Below are positions 44,213-58,289 of a stretch of DNA of 64,000 bases, piece by piece. This DNA is from Octopus vulgaris (lineage: Eukaryota). A program made the translations under genes and the position numbers. Where the stretch lies: the NCBI GenBank assembly GCA_951406725.2, contig OX597824.1:51770001-51834000 (forward strand), given 5' to 3'. Numbering within the stretch: position 1 is the stretch's first letter; each line of letters opens with the position of its first letter. The notes under the pieces are model-generated. The model saw only the letters and a list, made by a program, of their open reading frames with translations, did no database searches and was not told the origin of the DNA.

Positions 44213-46799
44213 TAATTTGCCCCTGGAATGACTGCAGCTACAAAAGTGATTATTTTATTTTACCATGTTACACTTTAGTTTAGCCGTAAATATGGTACCA
44301 CAAACAATGTACAGATCCTGCGACGCTCGACTACTGCCAACTCATACGCCGACCACCAGAACTGATAAATGAGAGACACTCTGTGTAAGTAGGAAACAGC
44401 TTGGATATAATAGCAACAGAGAAAATAGTATATTTTGGTGTAATCGGAAATGCATAAAAGCTACATTCCCAGCATAACCATTATACATAGCTTATTATAC
44501 ATAGCTCAGTCCAGGCTCCAAGTAAGGGAACAATATAATTCATAGGGTTTTCCTTAAGAGTCAATGCATCACACCGATGAATTATTTCTTGAAAATCTTT
44601 AAGATGTTTTGTCTATACATAGACATGAGTAAAACCTTACTACTAGACGATGATGCTTCCACTGACAACAACCCTGCTAACTAAATAACAAAGATCTGTG
44701 TGATTAGGGATTATATCTTTAGTTTTCAAGGTGCTATGCTGTTGAGTGTCAAATCTCGAAAGAAATGTTATTTGCGATAAAACAGCGTCTTACATTTGAC
44801 AGTGTTTTATTGTCAATAGTTTTTCTTTCGAGTGGTACTGTACGTCGTCGTCATCATCATCATCATCATCATCATTATCGTCGTCGTCGTCGTCATTTCT
44901 GTAAGTTAAATGGAACATCACCTAGTTTCACTGTGTCGCCGTTCTATCTGTGAGAAAAATATATTGCACCTACCTTAAGAAAGTTGAAATCAGATGTTGA
45001 AAGCTAGTACAAACTAGCGTAATGACAAAATGTGTGTCGTCAACTCATTGACTGGGCACCATGTATCCTAACGTCTCGCCCATTTGAACTCTCGCTTAGC
45101 CATCACACTAACTCATATTGTAATGTTTATTCGAAGAAATCTAAGTTCATCGATGAGTGGTAAAGGATTAGCAGATCATTTCCAGCATAAACTGAGAATT
45201 TATCTGTTACAAAACCAAACGATATGTCACGGTTTAGTTAACAAATAAGAAACGTAATAAGTAAAGGACGCTTTATGTAGTTGTAGAATTTAGTTTAAAT
45301 TTTGGATATGTATTTATAGTTTGCATGTCTATCTGTCCATATCTGTACATTTTTGTTTTTCTATTTTTTTTATCTCACAACCCAATAATCAAACAGGGAA
45401 CTCTTCAATACGTAAATGTTGCACACATCGAGGAATTATATATTCAGTACAGAGAAGCTAAACCATGTATGATAAAGGAAAAGTACAAAAAACGATCTTT
45501 CAAACGATTCTCTAATCAAACTGACTCATAGGCTATAATCCCTATCTCACCGACGTGCTGCATCCACTTTGTTCGACTGCAAATAACATGGTTACTCTAC
45601 TTTCTAATAAGCCCAAACAATTCACCGATTTTTTTGTCTTCTCGGCATCCATATTTTATCTCAGTGCACAAAATTTGCAATAAACACTTCACTTAATACT
45701 TCTTTCTCAGAAATACAACGTTTTGATTGCTCACAACATCCCACATTTTTCCTGAAGGTTTCAACCAGCAGAATGCAAGTTGAACATTAAATGAGACAGG
45801 CTTAGCAATTTGGTAAGAATGAGTAATCGATGTTTTAACTGTTCATTGAAATACATTGATTTCACACATAGGTACAATCCTAGTTGAAGGATGCAGTCGA
45901 TTAGCTCGACCTCAGTTCTCACTGGAATTCTATTTATCGTCCAACACTGGAAGAATGAAGGGCAAATAGAACATTCAATCATCGTTCTGTAGAGATTATT
46001 CTGTGCTTCTCGCATGGAGGTTTGTTTAAATGATTTGAGTAACACTGCTATATAAGATATGCAACATCAACTGCCATTGAACGGTGAAGATCTATGTATA
46101 TCTTGTAAATATATTATGATCTCATACAAATGCATCCCTTGCACATATTATTGGTTGCCCGTTTTTCGTTTTTGTTATCCGCTGGAACTTTGTCTTTCTT
46201 CTAGTCAATTCATCCGTGAAATGTTAAGAAGATGGAGCTTAAAAATTCAATCCACCCGCGACCTAAATTCATACATACATGCGCACGTGCATGCATGCAT
46301 ACATACATACATACATACATACATGCATACATACATACATACATACATACATACATACACACATATAAACACGCGCACACATACATATATAATCAGTTGT
46401 AATGTGTTCGTAATTCAGGTATTTGGAGAAGATCAGTCAGTAGATTATTAATGTCCAAAGGCACCTATGAACAGAAATATATTTTTAAATGTTGGCAGAA
46501 TTGTAAACTCAAACATATGATCGTGGCAACAGAGCATGGTCACAGGTTCTTCCTGAAACAAACACAAGTATATACACAAGCAGAAATACATATGATGACA
46601 AATACGACGCCAGCAAATACCATGAACACATGTGTCTAACACCAACACATGTATACATTAGGATATTTGTAAAATGTAAGCATGAAGAATTCAGTTAAAC
46701 TCATTGGAATAATATATTTTATAGATACAAACATATACACACTAATATTTAATTTTCGATATAGCAGTGAACAAAATTTTCCGTGTATACATTCATACA

Positions 46800-46843
46800 A
46801 TGTACATGCATATCAATACATGCATACATACATACATACATAC

Positions 46844-46895
<52 letters not shown>

Positions 46896-46980
46896 TATAT
46901 ACGTATGTATGTATAAATAAATATATATACATATATATATATGTGTGTGTGTGTATAAATATATATAAGTGTACGTAAGT

Positions 46981-47037
<57 letters not shown>

Positions 47038-47269
47038 TTATATGCATGTGGATATATATATATATATACATATGTGTATCTATGTATATCTATATATAAC
47101 TACATATATAATCAAAGATACATATGATGTACAAGAGAGTAAATATATACGTATTTCAATATATATAAATATAACAACATTGGCATACATATATTTTCCT
47201 GCCAAGTTACCTACCTAAAAAAATACAGAAATACATACAAGCTTAAATGTATGTTTATATATGCATACA

Positions 47270-47310
<41 letters not shown>

Positions 47311-47734
47311 GTGTGTGTATATGTGTGTGTGTCTATACATACACGTATATATATGTATATTTTCATACATATATATACACACACATATGTACATATAGAT
47401 ATATATACACATATTTTATATATTATCTCTATATATATATTATATACATATATGATACAAATGTATATATGCATATATATATATATTCATGTACATATGT
47501 GTGTGCGCGTGTAGGTATATATTTATGTATAGTCATGTATTTACATATATGTCTACATTCAGTTATTCATACATACACACATACACACAAAAGCACGCGC
47601 GTGTGCACACACTCATTCACTCAGATACCTTCTCACACGCGCACATACGGAATCACATGCGCAGGCATGCATATACATAACACACAGGTTTATATATGTA
47701 TGTATGCATATTTATGAATGTCTATGCATGTATG

Positions 47735-47765
<31 letters not shown>

Positions 47766-47900
47766 TTGTGTGTGTGCATATATAAATATATATACACATG
47801 TGTACATATGTGTGTGTATGTGTGTATGTGTGTATGTGTGTTTATATGTATATGTTTATAAATATGTATGTATGTATTTACATATGTATTGTATTTACGT
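46800..47900. repeat. Extended TA/CA/TACA low-complexity field
   Basis: Direct reading. Similar fields lie at 13600-13975, 49150-49320, 49780-50000, 50270-50650, 54020-54330 and 57300-57560. Confidence 0.95.
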
Positions 47901-48489
47901 TGCTATAATGCAGGGGTGTTGCATTTTAGACTCATATTATTCGCATACAACATAAACAATTGTTAACGTACGATCATGCACACTTATCCCTACCTACCTA
48001 CCTACCTACATATTTATATATGTTTATATATAAGCATGTATTTTATATGTATACGTATATCTATATATATGTTTATATCTGTGTATACACATACACACAC
48101 ACATATGCATAGTGCGCTTTGTGTGTAAAATAGATGTTTTTATGCTACTGTTAAGTGTACAGCTCCACGTACATTATCATAGTCCAGTCTTCTTTTTATA
48201 ATATTTCCAGTAACTTCAGGAGAAATTACGATAAACGCAAGTTTATATTAGTAGTTCCTACATATGTTTCACTATTATGGTTGCTCAGGACCCTCCATTA
48301 GTTCATTGTAAATTAATGCAATAAAGTGTTCCTTGATGATCGGTTCAGGTTAACCGATCACTTGCACTTGGAATATTTTGAGTCGAACTCCAAGTAATCA
48401 TGATAGTGAAATAAACGCAATAATAATATCACCTTCTGTATGTGTTTGTATACTCACATATATACATACGTACATACATACATACATAT

Positions 48490-48558
<69 letters not shown>

Positions 48559-48620
48559 TAGATAGATAGGTAGATAGATCGATAGATAGATAGATAGATA
48601 GATTGAGATATATATAAAAA

Positions 48621-49142
48621 TACAACGTCTTCTAGGATTGACCATCTATTTCAGTATGAACGGAAAATATTTTTAAAAACTCACTTTTCTTGTGTCTACC
48701 ATGTTTAATATGTGTTAAAAGTGTATAGCTTTTAATTTTGTTTATATCTTAATATATTTTACAATTAAAAAAAAAAATTCTTATTCCTGTTAGAACCTGT
48801 TTATATGTCCACGACACCTTTTTCAATTTCGCTGCAATCATTTTCCCTACTTCCATCCCAGGATAGAACAATAGTTTGACTGAACTTAACGCATTCAATT
48901 AGCAGTGCAGGAGATGACTCCTGAAATACTTCAAAATGTGTTTAGCAACGCTAAGGGTGTTTGAAATTTGCAGGGATAAAGACGGAGCGCATGTTGAAAG
49001 TTTTCCATAAATTTTTGACGCAAGATTTCTAAATGTATTTGTTCTAGTATCATAATTAAGTGATACACATAAAATTCAGTCATTTATTTTAAAATTCGCC
49101 TGATTTCATTGAAATAGTCAGTTAATCTGGGGGTTAGCCTGT
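48621..49142 (+). mobile_element. Internally deleted Tc1/mariner-superfamily element
   Basis: Diverged TIRs (taca..gattgaccatctatttcagt / rc tacagg..gattaactgactatttcaat). A transposase C-terminal remnant reads AVQEMTPEILQNVFSN..EICRDKDGAHVESFP*. Confidence 0.6.
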
Positions 49143-49318
49143 ATATAGATAGATAGAACCATATATATATATATATATATGTGCATATATATATATATAT
49201 ATTCATACACACACAAACACACACACACATACACACACACACATATATATATATATATAGATAGATAGATAGGTAGACACATACATATATACACACACAC
49301 ACACATATATATATATAT

Positions 49319-49501
49319 ATTTATTTTATAGAAGGATCTTCTACAGGACTAGAACTGTTTCATTCAAAAGAAATCATCAGGATTTCTTTTGAATGAAACA
49401 GTTCTAGTCCTGTAGAACTCCTTCTATAAAATAAATTAATTTACTCTGCTATGTATTGAGTACCTTATTTACTGTGGTTAACCCCGACTCAACCCGGGAC
49501 C

Positions 49502-49504
<3 letters not shown>
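49319..49504. mobile_element. Near-perfect hairpin element in (TA)n, probable Penelope-like inverted terminal fragment
   Basis: Arms 49319-49375 and 49381-49436 have a 37-bp perfect inner stem and a 5-nt loop. The right arm extends to 49504. Confidence 0.75.
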
Positions 49505-49567
<63 letters not shown>

Positions 49568-49938
49568 TATTTATATATATTTGAAAATGATCGAAAAGTG
49601 CTTAGACAACATCTTTCTTCCAGGTGGTCTCCGTTTGTGTCCTTTACTTTTAAGGTATTTTTGAAATAATTAAAATTCCTTAATTTACAATATCTGTTTT
49701 GCATATATTGTCTCCTCATCAATTTTTACTAAAAACATTTACAAATACATTGATTCTAAAATACATAAATACATGCATACTCACACACGTACGTACATAC
49801 ATACGTACATACGTAGGTACATATGTACATACATAGTTATATATTCATACATACATAATACATACACACATACATGCATGCATACATACATATAAATGCA
49901 TATACAGATACAATATATATATATATATATATATACAT

Positions 49939-50002
<64 letters not shown>

Positions 50003-50290
50003 CGTGAACAAAAATAAATACGACTTTGTAGATAACAATGTTTCTGTAGCGTAGTAGTGAGCATGTTTGCACGTTAACCTGTCGATGCATGTTCGATTCA
50101 GGTCGATTTGTTCGTTATTGTTTTTCTCGTAAAAATACTACATATGTTATTTAAGGGCACTGCCCATCTGGCCAAGTTATTACAAAATATATATGCATAT
50201 GCATATATTATGAGTGTGCATGTGTACATATGTGTGTATATATCTATATGTATATAGATATGTATGCGTAAATATATATATATGTATATG

Positions 50291-50361
<71 letters not shown>

Positions 50362-50493
50362 TATATATATTAGCAGTCTCTTTACAATACTAATTGTAGT
50401 GTGTATTGTAGGTTTTGTCTCTCGTTTAATGCCAGTCGTGTTCAAATAATAATTATAATAATAATAATTATGTAAAGCTATAAAGTTCAGTTA

Positions 50494-50537
<44 letters not shown>

Positions 50538-50565
50538 TATTATAATATATTATATTATATTATAT

Positions 50566-50648
<83 letters not shown>

Positions 50649-50676
50649 GTGTTCCCTGTAGTACTGTGGTTGAATT

Positions 50677-51309
50677 CTATGAAAGTCCATCTACTTTCTG
50701 TGCCATACATTTGCATTGTTTAATCCTTTGTACTTTCCTGCGTTTGAACCGCATATGTTTTGCGCCTTGACAACGTAGTGTCACCCTAATCCAAGTGTAA
50801 CGCCTCGGCTTACAGTAGCCGCACGCCATGAATGCTGCTCCCCCACCATCATGTTTACCACTTCGTGGTATAAAGAACGAATTACATTGCCCGTAGCAAA
50901 AGCGATTCAAAACAGTTTGTCGCAAGCAGCCTTCCTCTCGTATCACCTGTTTCAATAGTTCAGTCTTACACCATTCTTTACGCAGGTAACTCTTTCTTGT
51001 TACAGTGAAAGCAGTTTTGCTTCCTTTAATTGGTAATTTGTCATGTCTCGATCCAGAGGATTCCTGTCGTCGATGATGAGGTAAGCCGATATTAAAGCTA
51101 TCATCCTCTTTCTTCAATTTTGGTGTAATTATCATACTGGACTCCTCCCGCAGAGGTAGTTTGGCTCTCTGATAGAACACTGAAGTGCGGTTTGAAACAC
51201 GCAGCGGAATTCGTATTTTCCTGCCAGGAGGTGGGAAGTCCCAGCCATTGCAAGGTAGGGTTACGTAGAGCAGCAGTACGATGCTCACTGACAGGTCACA
51301 AGCATGCAT
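50677..51309 (-). CDS. GREM: Gremlin-like DAN/CAN-family secreted cystine-knot BMP antagonist, 210 aa, single coding exon
   Basis: ATG at 51309-51307 lies 1 nt after a pyrimidine-rich acceptor (ttttattttacattttcag|G ATG). The protein starts with a hydrophobic signal-like peptide (MHACDLSVSIVLLLYVTLPCNG). It carries a Gremlin-type domain YLRKEWCKT..C..NRFCYGQCNSFFIPR..C..CKP..VTLRC..QCKC with 9 Cys and a basic C-terminal cluster. Stop TAG at 50679-50677. The longer ORF-track start (51471) is microsatellite. Confidence 0.95.
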   Translation of the reverse strand: MHACDLSVSIVLLLYVTLPCNGWDFPPPGRKIRIPLRVSNRTSVFYQRAKLPLREESSMIITPKLKKEDDSFNIGLPHHRRQESSGSRHDKLPIKGSKTAFTVTRKSYLRKEWCKTELLKQVIREEGCLRQTVLNRFCYGQCNSFFIPRSGKHDGGGAAFMACGYCKPRRYTWIRVTLRCQGAKHMRFKRRKVQRIKQCKCMAQKVDGLS

Positions 51310-51310
51310 C

Positions 51311-51335
51311 CTGAAAATGTAAAAATAAAATAAAT
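51311..51335 (-). promoter_or_regulatory. 3' splice acceptor preceding the gremlin coding exon
   Basis: The minus strand reads tttattttattttacattttcag immediately before G-ATG. Confidence 0.8.
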
Positions 51336-51391
51336 TAGAACAATTATAATAACAACAACAACAACAATAACAACAATAACAACAACAACAA

Positions 51392-51423
<32 letters not shown>

Positions 51424-51809
51424 TAATAATAATAATACTAATAATAATGATAATAATAATAATAATAACAATGATGATGATGATGATGATGATAATACTT
51501 TCTACTATAGACACAAAGCCTGAAAATTTGGGGGTGGGTTTGTCGATTATATCGACACCAGTATGCAACTGGTACTGCCACTTAGTATGTTTTTTGCTGC
51601 TTCAACGAACCTACCAGTCCATCATCACAGCGCAATAATAATTCCTTATTGTAATTCACTGTACAACACATTCATGCATATAAAAAACATTTAACAATGT
51701 TGTTAGAAAGTCATTTGAGGATATACAAAATTATATAACGATCAGCGAACCAGACATCATGCAATGTATGACATAGTAACATTTTATTAGAAAATAAAAA
51801 TGAATAAAT

Positions 51810-52168
51810 ATCTTTTATCTTTTATTTGTTTCAGTCATTAGAATGCGGCCATGGAGGGACATCGCCTTGAAGAACTTTTAGCCAAATGAATCGAACCCAG
51901 TACTACTTTTTTTTAAAGTCCGGTACTTATTCTAACGTTTTCTTTTTGCCGCACCGCTAAGTTACAGGAATCTTGTCAAGCGGTGCTGGGGAACAAACAC
52001 AGAAACAAAGACACACACACACACACACACAAATATAAATATATATACGACGGGCTTTCAGTTTTCGCTTACAAAATCCATTCACAAGGCTTTGTCAGCC
52101 CAAGGTTATAGTAGAACCCAGAACCATTTGGTTGGAACGCAAGCTTCTTGCCACACGGCCATGCCTGC
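51810..52168 (-). mobile_element. SINE family B within the predicted gremlin intron
   Basis: Family match with deletions. Confidence 0.85.
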
Positions 52169-52799
52169 ACCAATAAGGAAAAAGCTTTCATGTATGAGGA
52201 AGAAGATTTAACGTGTGAATATATATATATATATTCTATATTATTTAAGTATATGAACTATGTTTGGAATACAAGACAATATAACGGATTTTGCATATGA
52301 ATATTATGGATTATTACAGAAGACTAAAAAAGGAAATGAATATGGATTAAAAGACTCTCATCAAAAGCAGTAATTTCTAATTTTTAATTTATATTTCAAA
52401 CAAACACCATTTTATAGTATTACTTCAAATTTAAAAAAATACTACCATTCGATATATTATGCAAAATTCAAATTTTATATCTCTGAAGAGCAAAAAAGTT
52501 TTTATAAATGCTTATCAGTATAGGATTTCATTATAGGGATAGCACTTCTGTAAAACGATCGTAAGATGCTTTAAAAACTTAATTCAAAACTTCTAAACTG
52601 TCATATACATTATATGTTTATGATTATACATATTTACATATATTTTAATACATATTTATATTTTTAATGCAACAATTATTTCACACACGTATATATATTT
52701 TTCTGAAGAGTTTTCTAATATTGATTTCCTGATATTAATAATAATATATTATAATATATATATTATAATAATAATATATTATAATATATATATAATACC

Positions 52800-53700
52800 A
52801 ACAAATTTAACGTAAAGATGTATTTAACAAAAAAATAGAAAGAATAGTATTAGACTCTAGCAAGGGTGCACATTCTTATATATCGTCCATGTCTTTTAGA
52901 TCTAGGTTATCCTTGAGCAACACATGTGATGGAGTGGGTCAGAAAGAACACGAAGGTTCCTGGTACGTCTGTATAATCATACATAACTAACGAATTTGTT
53001 ATATAATCGTCCTCTTCGTTCACTCCGTATTTTCTTTCATCCTGCACTACGTTAAAAACATTCCTCAAATCCTCGCTGACTATAACATTCATTCTGCTCG
53101 CCCTTGCAAGCCGCCTTTCTTTTTTCTTTTTAATTTCCCAACAGAATGCTACTCCTCTTCGTTCTCCATATTCTACTTATCGTCGCAAGACTCTGATGAA
53201 ATGTATTACAATTTGTGACCGAGTTAAGGGATCTCTGATTGTCACTTCACCACAGAGGGTTTCTTCACCGAGAGGGTTTCTTTCGCTCTCTGCAGAACTG
53301 GAAACGACGAACGAACTGGCTGCGCCCTAAGGAGAGCGGCTTCTAGAACCTGGTCTTGCTAGCTCTTATGCTGTTCGCAACTCTTCTCTCTCTGCCTTCT
53401 CAGCCCCTCAAGGCAGAAAGTGGGCATTAATAACCAATTTCGTTGCTTTTTTTGCGGACCCATGATTGTACACAGCTGCGGAATGCCCCAATGGTCTTTG
53501 GAGACAATTAGATAGTCATACATACCCATTTCAAGTACCTGTCGACCATTGGCACAAATTATACACTCACGAACGCACATGCACACACCCACACACACAC
53601 ATGTACACACACACACACACTCATCTATTCGTCCGTCGTCCGTCCGCCCGTCTGTCCGCCGTCCGTCTGTTTATCTGTCTGTCCCACAGAAAATGTATTG
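52800..53700 (-). promoter_or_regulatory. Candidate promoter / non-coding first exon region of the gremlin-like gene
   Basis: Non-repetitive, CpG-containing, less AT-rich block 1.5-2.4 kb upstream of the acceptor, with several possible GT donors. It is not resolvable without transcripts. Confidence 0.3.
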
Positions 53701-54116
53701 ACTCGAAATTTATCCTATAAGGCTTTAAACTCACATACAAAATACAAAAATAAATTGAAGAATTAAAATTTAATTACTTGGACGAAACTCGCCACAATCC
53801 CCAACAAAAGAAGTTTTATTTTGTTCGTATTTTATTTTGTCTCTAGTTTTTGTTTGACTTTTCTTTCAAAATTTGGTTTTCTTTTTATATCTTAGTTTCC
53901 ATATTGTTCACAAAATACTTGAAAGAATTCAAGACGAAACATTGGTTTAGTTTTTTTATAAGTTTCTACATACACTGATATCCAGATGGCTAAACACCAT
54001 CTTCATCAAACTTTAAACAAGTCACATATACATTCGTTTATACATATATTCCAATATACACGCATACATCAATATACACACATACATACAAACAAATATA
54101 TCATATGCATATTTAT

Positions 54117-54219
<103 letters not shown>

Positions 54220-54701
54220 CATACACACACATATATATATATATGTGTGTGTGTGTATGCATATATATATACACACACACATATTTATATAATGCATATT
54301 CACATTCATATACATTTATATATATATAGGCATGCATTTGTGGTAGCTGTTTGTATCGAGAATGTATTATTATTAATGATTTCATCTATGTATATAGCAT
54401 ACAGTCGCATTTATATGCAAGTACTTGCACATGCATACAAATACTTGTATTTGTGTACGTATGTATATGCATATTATCAGAACATGTGACGATACATACA
54501 TATATGTATGGTAGTGTATGTGTGTGAGCTTACATGTGTGGCTACATTTGTGCGCGCGTGCATGAGTGAGATGTGTGTGCATGTGTGGGGGAGTTCTAAG
54601 GATTTATACACACGCGCACGTATTTACTAATGACTATATATTACGTTTATGATTCTACATTTTCTGTTCTCTCTCCCTGCCTAAAGTTTAATTTCAATTG
54701 G

Positions 54702-54753
<52 letters not shown>

Positions 54754-55598
54754 TGCATCCATTAAATTTTATGAGGGACTTGTAGATTTTTATTGCCCCA
54801 GATATGGTGTTCATATGTAGGTTATGAAGTGTGGTAACCGTTCTTTCGCCAAGACTTCCAATTCTGCCAAACTTTGATTCAGACGTGTTTCAACATAACC
54901 TGACTTATCAGTAATAAAAGATACAAAGCTGAAAGTATATTTTGGGTGCGGGATTTGCAAGTTCTATATCAATGGTTCATAGATGTTTTCTTAGCATGTT
55001 TGTATTTTGTGGACTCAGATATCTCTGTAGTTTTGTTAGGCTTTTATGTGATTCATGTTTTATTCATTTTGTTATTTAGGTATCAACGGTATTCTTCTTG
55101 ATCCTTGGGTTACTCACGCATAGACACATACACACATAGTTCTATAATCAATTTGTTTGCATATGACTGTTATCAAACGAAATCGACAAGATTTTCTATC
55201 CTCTTTCTCATTAAACCTGTTGTTCAGTATTCTTGGATGAGTCTACGTGTATGCGCCTGTGTATCCATGTTGTGTAAGTGTATCGTCGTGGTGTATATAT
55301 ACGCTTGTGCGTATATCAACAAGTATATACACACTCACGTACATACATACAAACGTATATAAATAATATGTACATATTCATATATATATATCAAAATAAG
55401 CAACAGGATATCAAGAAGTGATGCAGTACGACTGTTTGAAGCGGCCCCATTTAATTGAAGAATGCAATCATTACATCAATTTTAATGCCATCATCAGTTG
55501 CACAAATAAATAGAATTTTAACAAGATGAACACATTAATATAATTTTTATCAAATACTTTAACAGACCAAGAAGATGGAAGAAATTGATGTTGTCTCT

Positions 55599-55683
<85 letters not shown>

Positions 55684-57445
55684 ATATATGATGTAGGAAT
55701 ATATCCCAGTCCTACGATACTTCCATCTTTCTATGTTGCATTTATTTCTTTTCCTCGGCGTGTTCGGCAGAGCCGCAGCACATTGCAGTTGATCTTTTTT
55801 CCCCCTATTAGACGGGGCATTCCGGTCGTTGTAGGTTTCAAATGAAGCCACCCCAATGTCTAAACCGGCCGGCCTTGATTACTTCGTTAGTTTAGCTAGC
55901 TTCCAACTGCTTACGGGTTGGAGGCTGCAAGGCCGTTTTGATAGCTCTCAAATCAACTTACACCGTAGTGATGAGGGATTTCAGTGCAAAGTTCGATAAT
56001 GACGTTAGGGAGCTGGCATAATCTCTGCACTTGGGACTTCGTGACACATTCAAACCAAGGAAGATTTAAAGGAAACAGAGATTATTCGCGAGGAATTCTG
56101 GAGATGCGAATCCAGCGACGTAATCTTATTGGGATCAAACAGTGTAAACATTGGCAGAAACACTACCGAGCCGGACAAAATGCCTTAGTTATATTCAGAT
56201 AGGCGTACTTCTTTAACGTCCTGAGTTAAATTGCAGTTGGTGTCGATTATATTTTCTATCGCTTCGGAGTCGATTAAAATAAGTCAGAGATAAGTACTGA
56301 CATTTATGAAATCGACTAAACTTCTCCCTTCGGAATTTTGGTTTTATATGGATTTGCAGAAACGGCAGAACTACATTAAACATGGATTGCGGAGTTTAGT
56401 AACGTTTCTTTACGTTCTGAGCTCAAATCCGGAGGTGGTCAATTTCGCATTTGATACTTCCAAATTTGATGCAACAGACAGCAGCTACGTATTGTTAATT
56501 CAACCAAATACATTTCCTCCTTTGAGGCCTTGCTGATGTTGTTGGTGTTGTTGCTGTTCTTCATTGTTATTACTGTGTAAAAGTAATGACAAAAAAAAAC
56601 AAAAAAAAAAACAATCAAAGCAAAGAATTATTTTGGAAATCTGATGCCCCATAGCCTTCCACTTTCCTCTAGTTATCTTCACTTTGTTTCCATTAACACA
56701 TCTATGAAATTCAGTAATTATCTAAAGATAACTGAAATTTGAGATTGCAATGAGTTTAAATGGCTGATAAATTTCATTACAAGACCCCCACCACCACACT
56801 CAACCATCCATCATTCACAACATATGTATTTTTCTTTCACATTCCCCTTCCACACTTTCTCTGCTCTTATTACTCTATTCCATGGCTTGGCTTATTACTA
56901 CATTAAAACACACCCAGACACCGAATTCTCATTGATGGACGCCTGAACGCATTTAGTCCACCCCACATTTAACAAATGAATTTCTATACTCAAGAAGGAC
57001 AGAAAGAAAGAACGAAAAAAAAACTCCAGGCACACATACACACATACATCCTCATACACAAGGACTATAATACAGCATACGCGTATACACACGGATACGC
57101 GCAGGATTATATATTCACTATCGTGGTTAGATATATCACATTGATGAAAGAGCTTCATGACCTTGAAACGTAAACGAGAAATGATACAATGGGTCTCAGA
57201 ATGTGTATGCACAAATAGAAAGAATAAGAAAATTCCATATAAGCAAGGAATAAGAGGATTGAACAAATAAAAAAAGATAGCTCATTGCCACTTTTTTCTC
57301 AGTGTATATATCAGTAAATATATATATAAACTATACACACGCACACACATATATATATACACACACATATATATATATATATATATACATACATATATGT
57401 ATATATATATAATATATACATATATATATATATATACATACATAC

Positions 57446-57539
<94 letters not shown>

Positions 57540-57561
57540 CACATATATATACAAATATATA

Positions 57562-57974
57562 TTTACTCTTTTACTCTCTTTTACATGTTTCAGTCATTTG
57601 ACTGCGGCCATGCTGGAGCACCGCCTTTAGTCGAGCAAATCGACCCCGGGACTTATTCTTTGTAAGCCCAGTATTTATTCAATCGGTCTCTTTTGCCGAA
57701 CCGCTAAGTGACGGGGACGTAAACACACCAGCATCGGTTGTCAAGCAATTCTAGGGGTACAAACACAGACACACAAACACATACACATACATACATATAC
57801 ATATATATACATATATACGACAGGCTTCTTTCAGTTTCCGTCTACCAAATCCACTCACAAGGCTTTGGTCGGCCCGAGGCTGTAGCAGAAGACACTTGCC
57901 CAAGATGCCACGCAGTGGGACTGAACCCGGAACCATGTGGTTGGTTAGCAAGCTACTTACCACACAGCCACTCC
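57562..57974 (-). mobile_element. SINE family B, well preserved
   Basis: Family match. Degraded copies also lie at ~60760-60890, 61445-61580, 62570-62725 and 62750-62897. Confidence 0.92.
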
Positions 57975-58019
57975 ATATATACATACATACATATATGTAT
58001 GTATGTATGTATGTATATA

Positions 58020-58105
<86 letters not shown>

Positions 58106-58289
58106 TGTGTGTTTGGATATATGTGTATATGAGTTTATATGTAACACCAACACCTATTTTCAGTAGTTTCACACTTAACCCAAATAACGATAAACATGTA
58201 TGTATGTATGTATGTATGTATGTATGTATGTATGTATGTATGTATGTATGTATGTATGTATGTATGTATGTATGCTTCTCTCTCTCTTT

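Noticed and set aside
51310-51471. N-terminal extension of the 264-aa gremlin ORF
   Set aside because: It is microsatellite upstream of a clear splice acceptor; the signal peptide starts at 51309.
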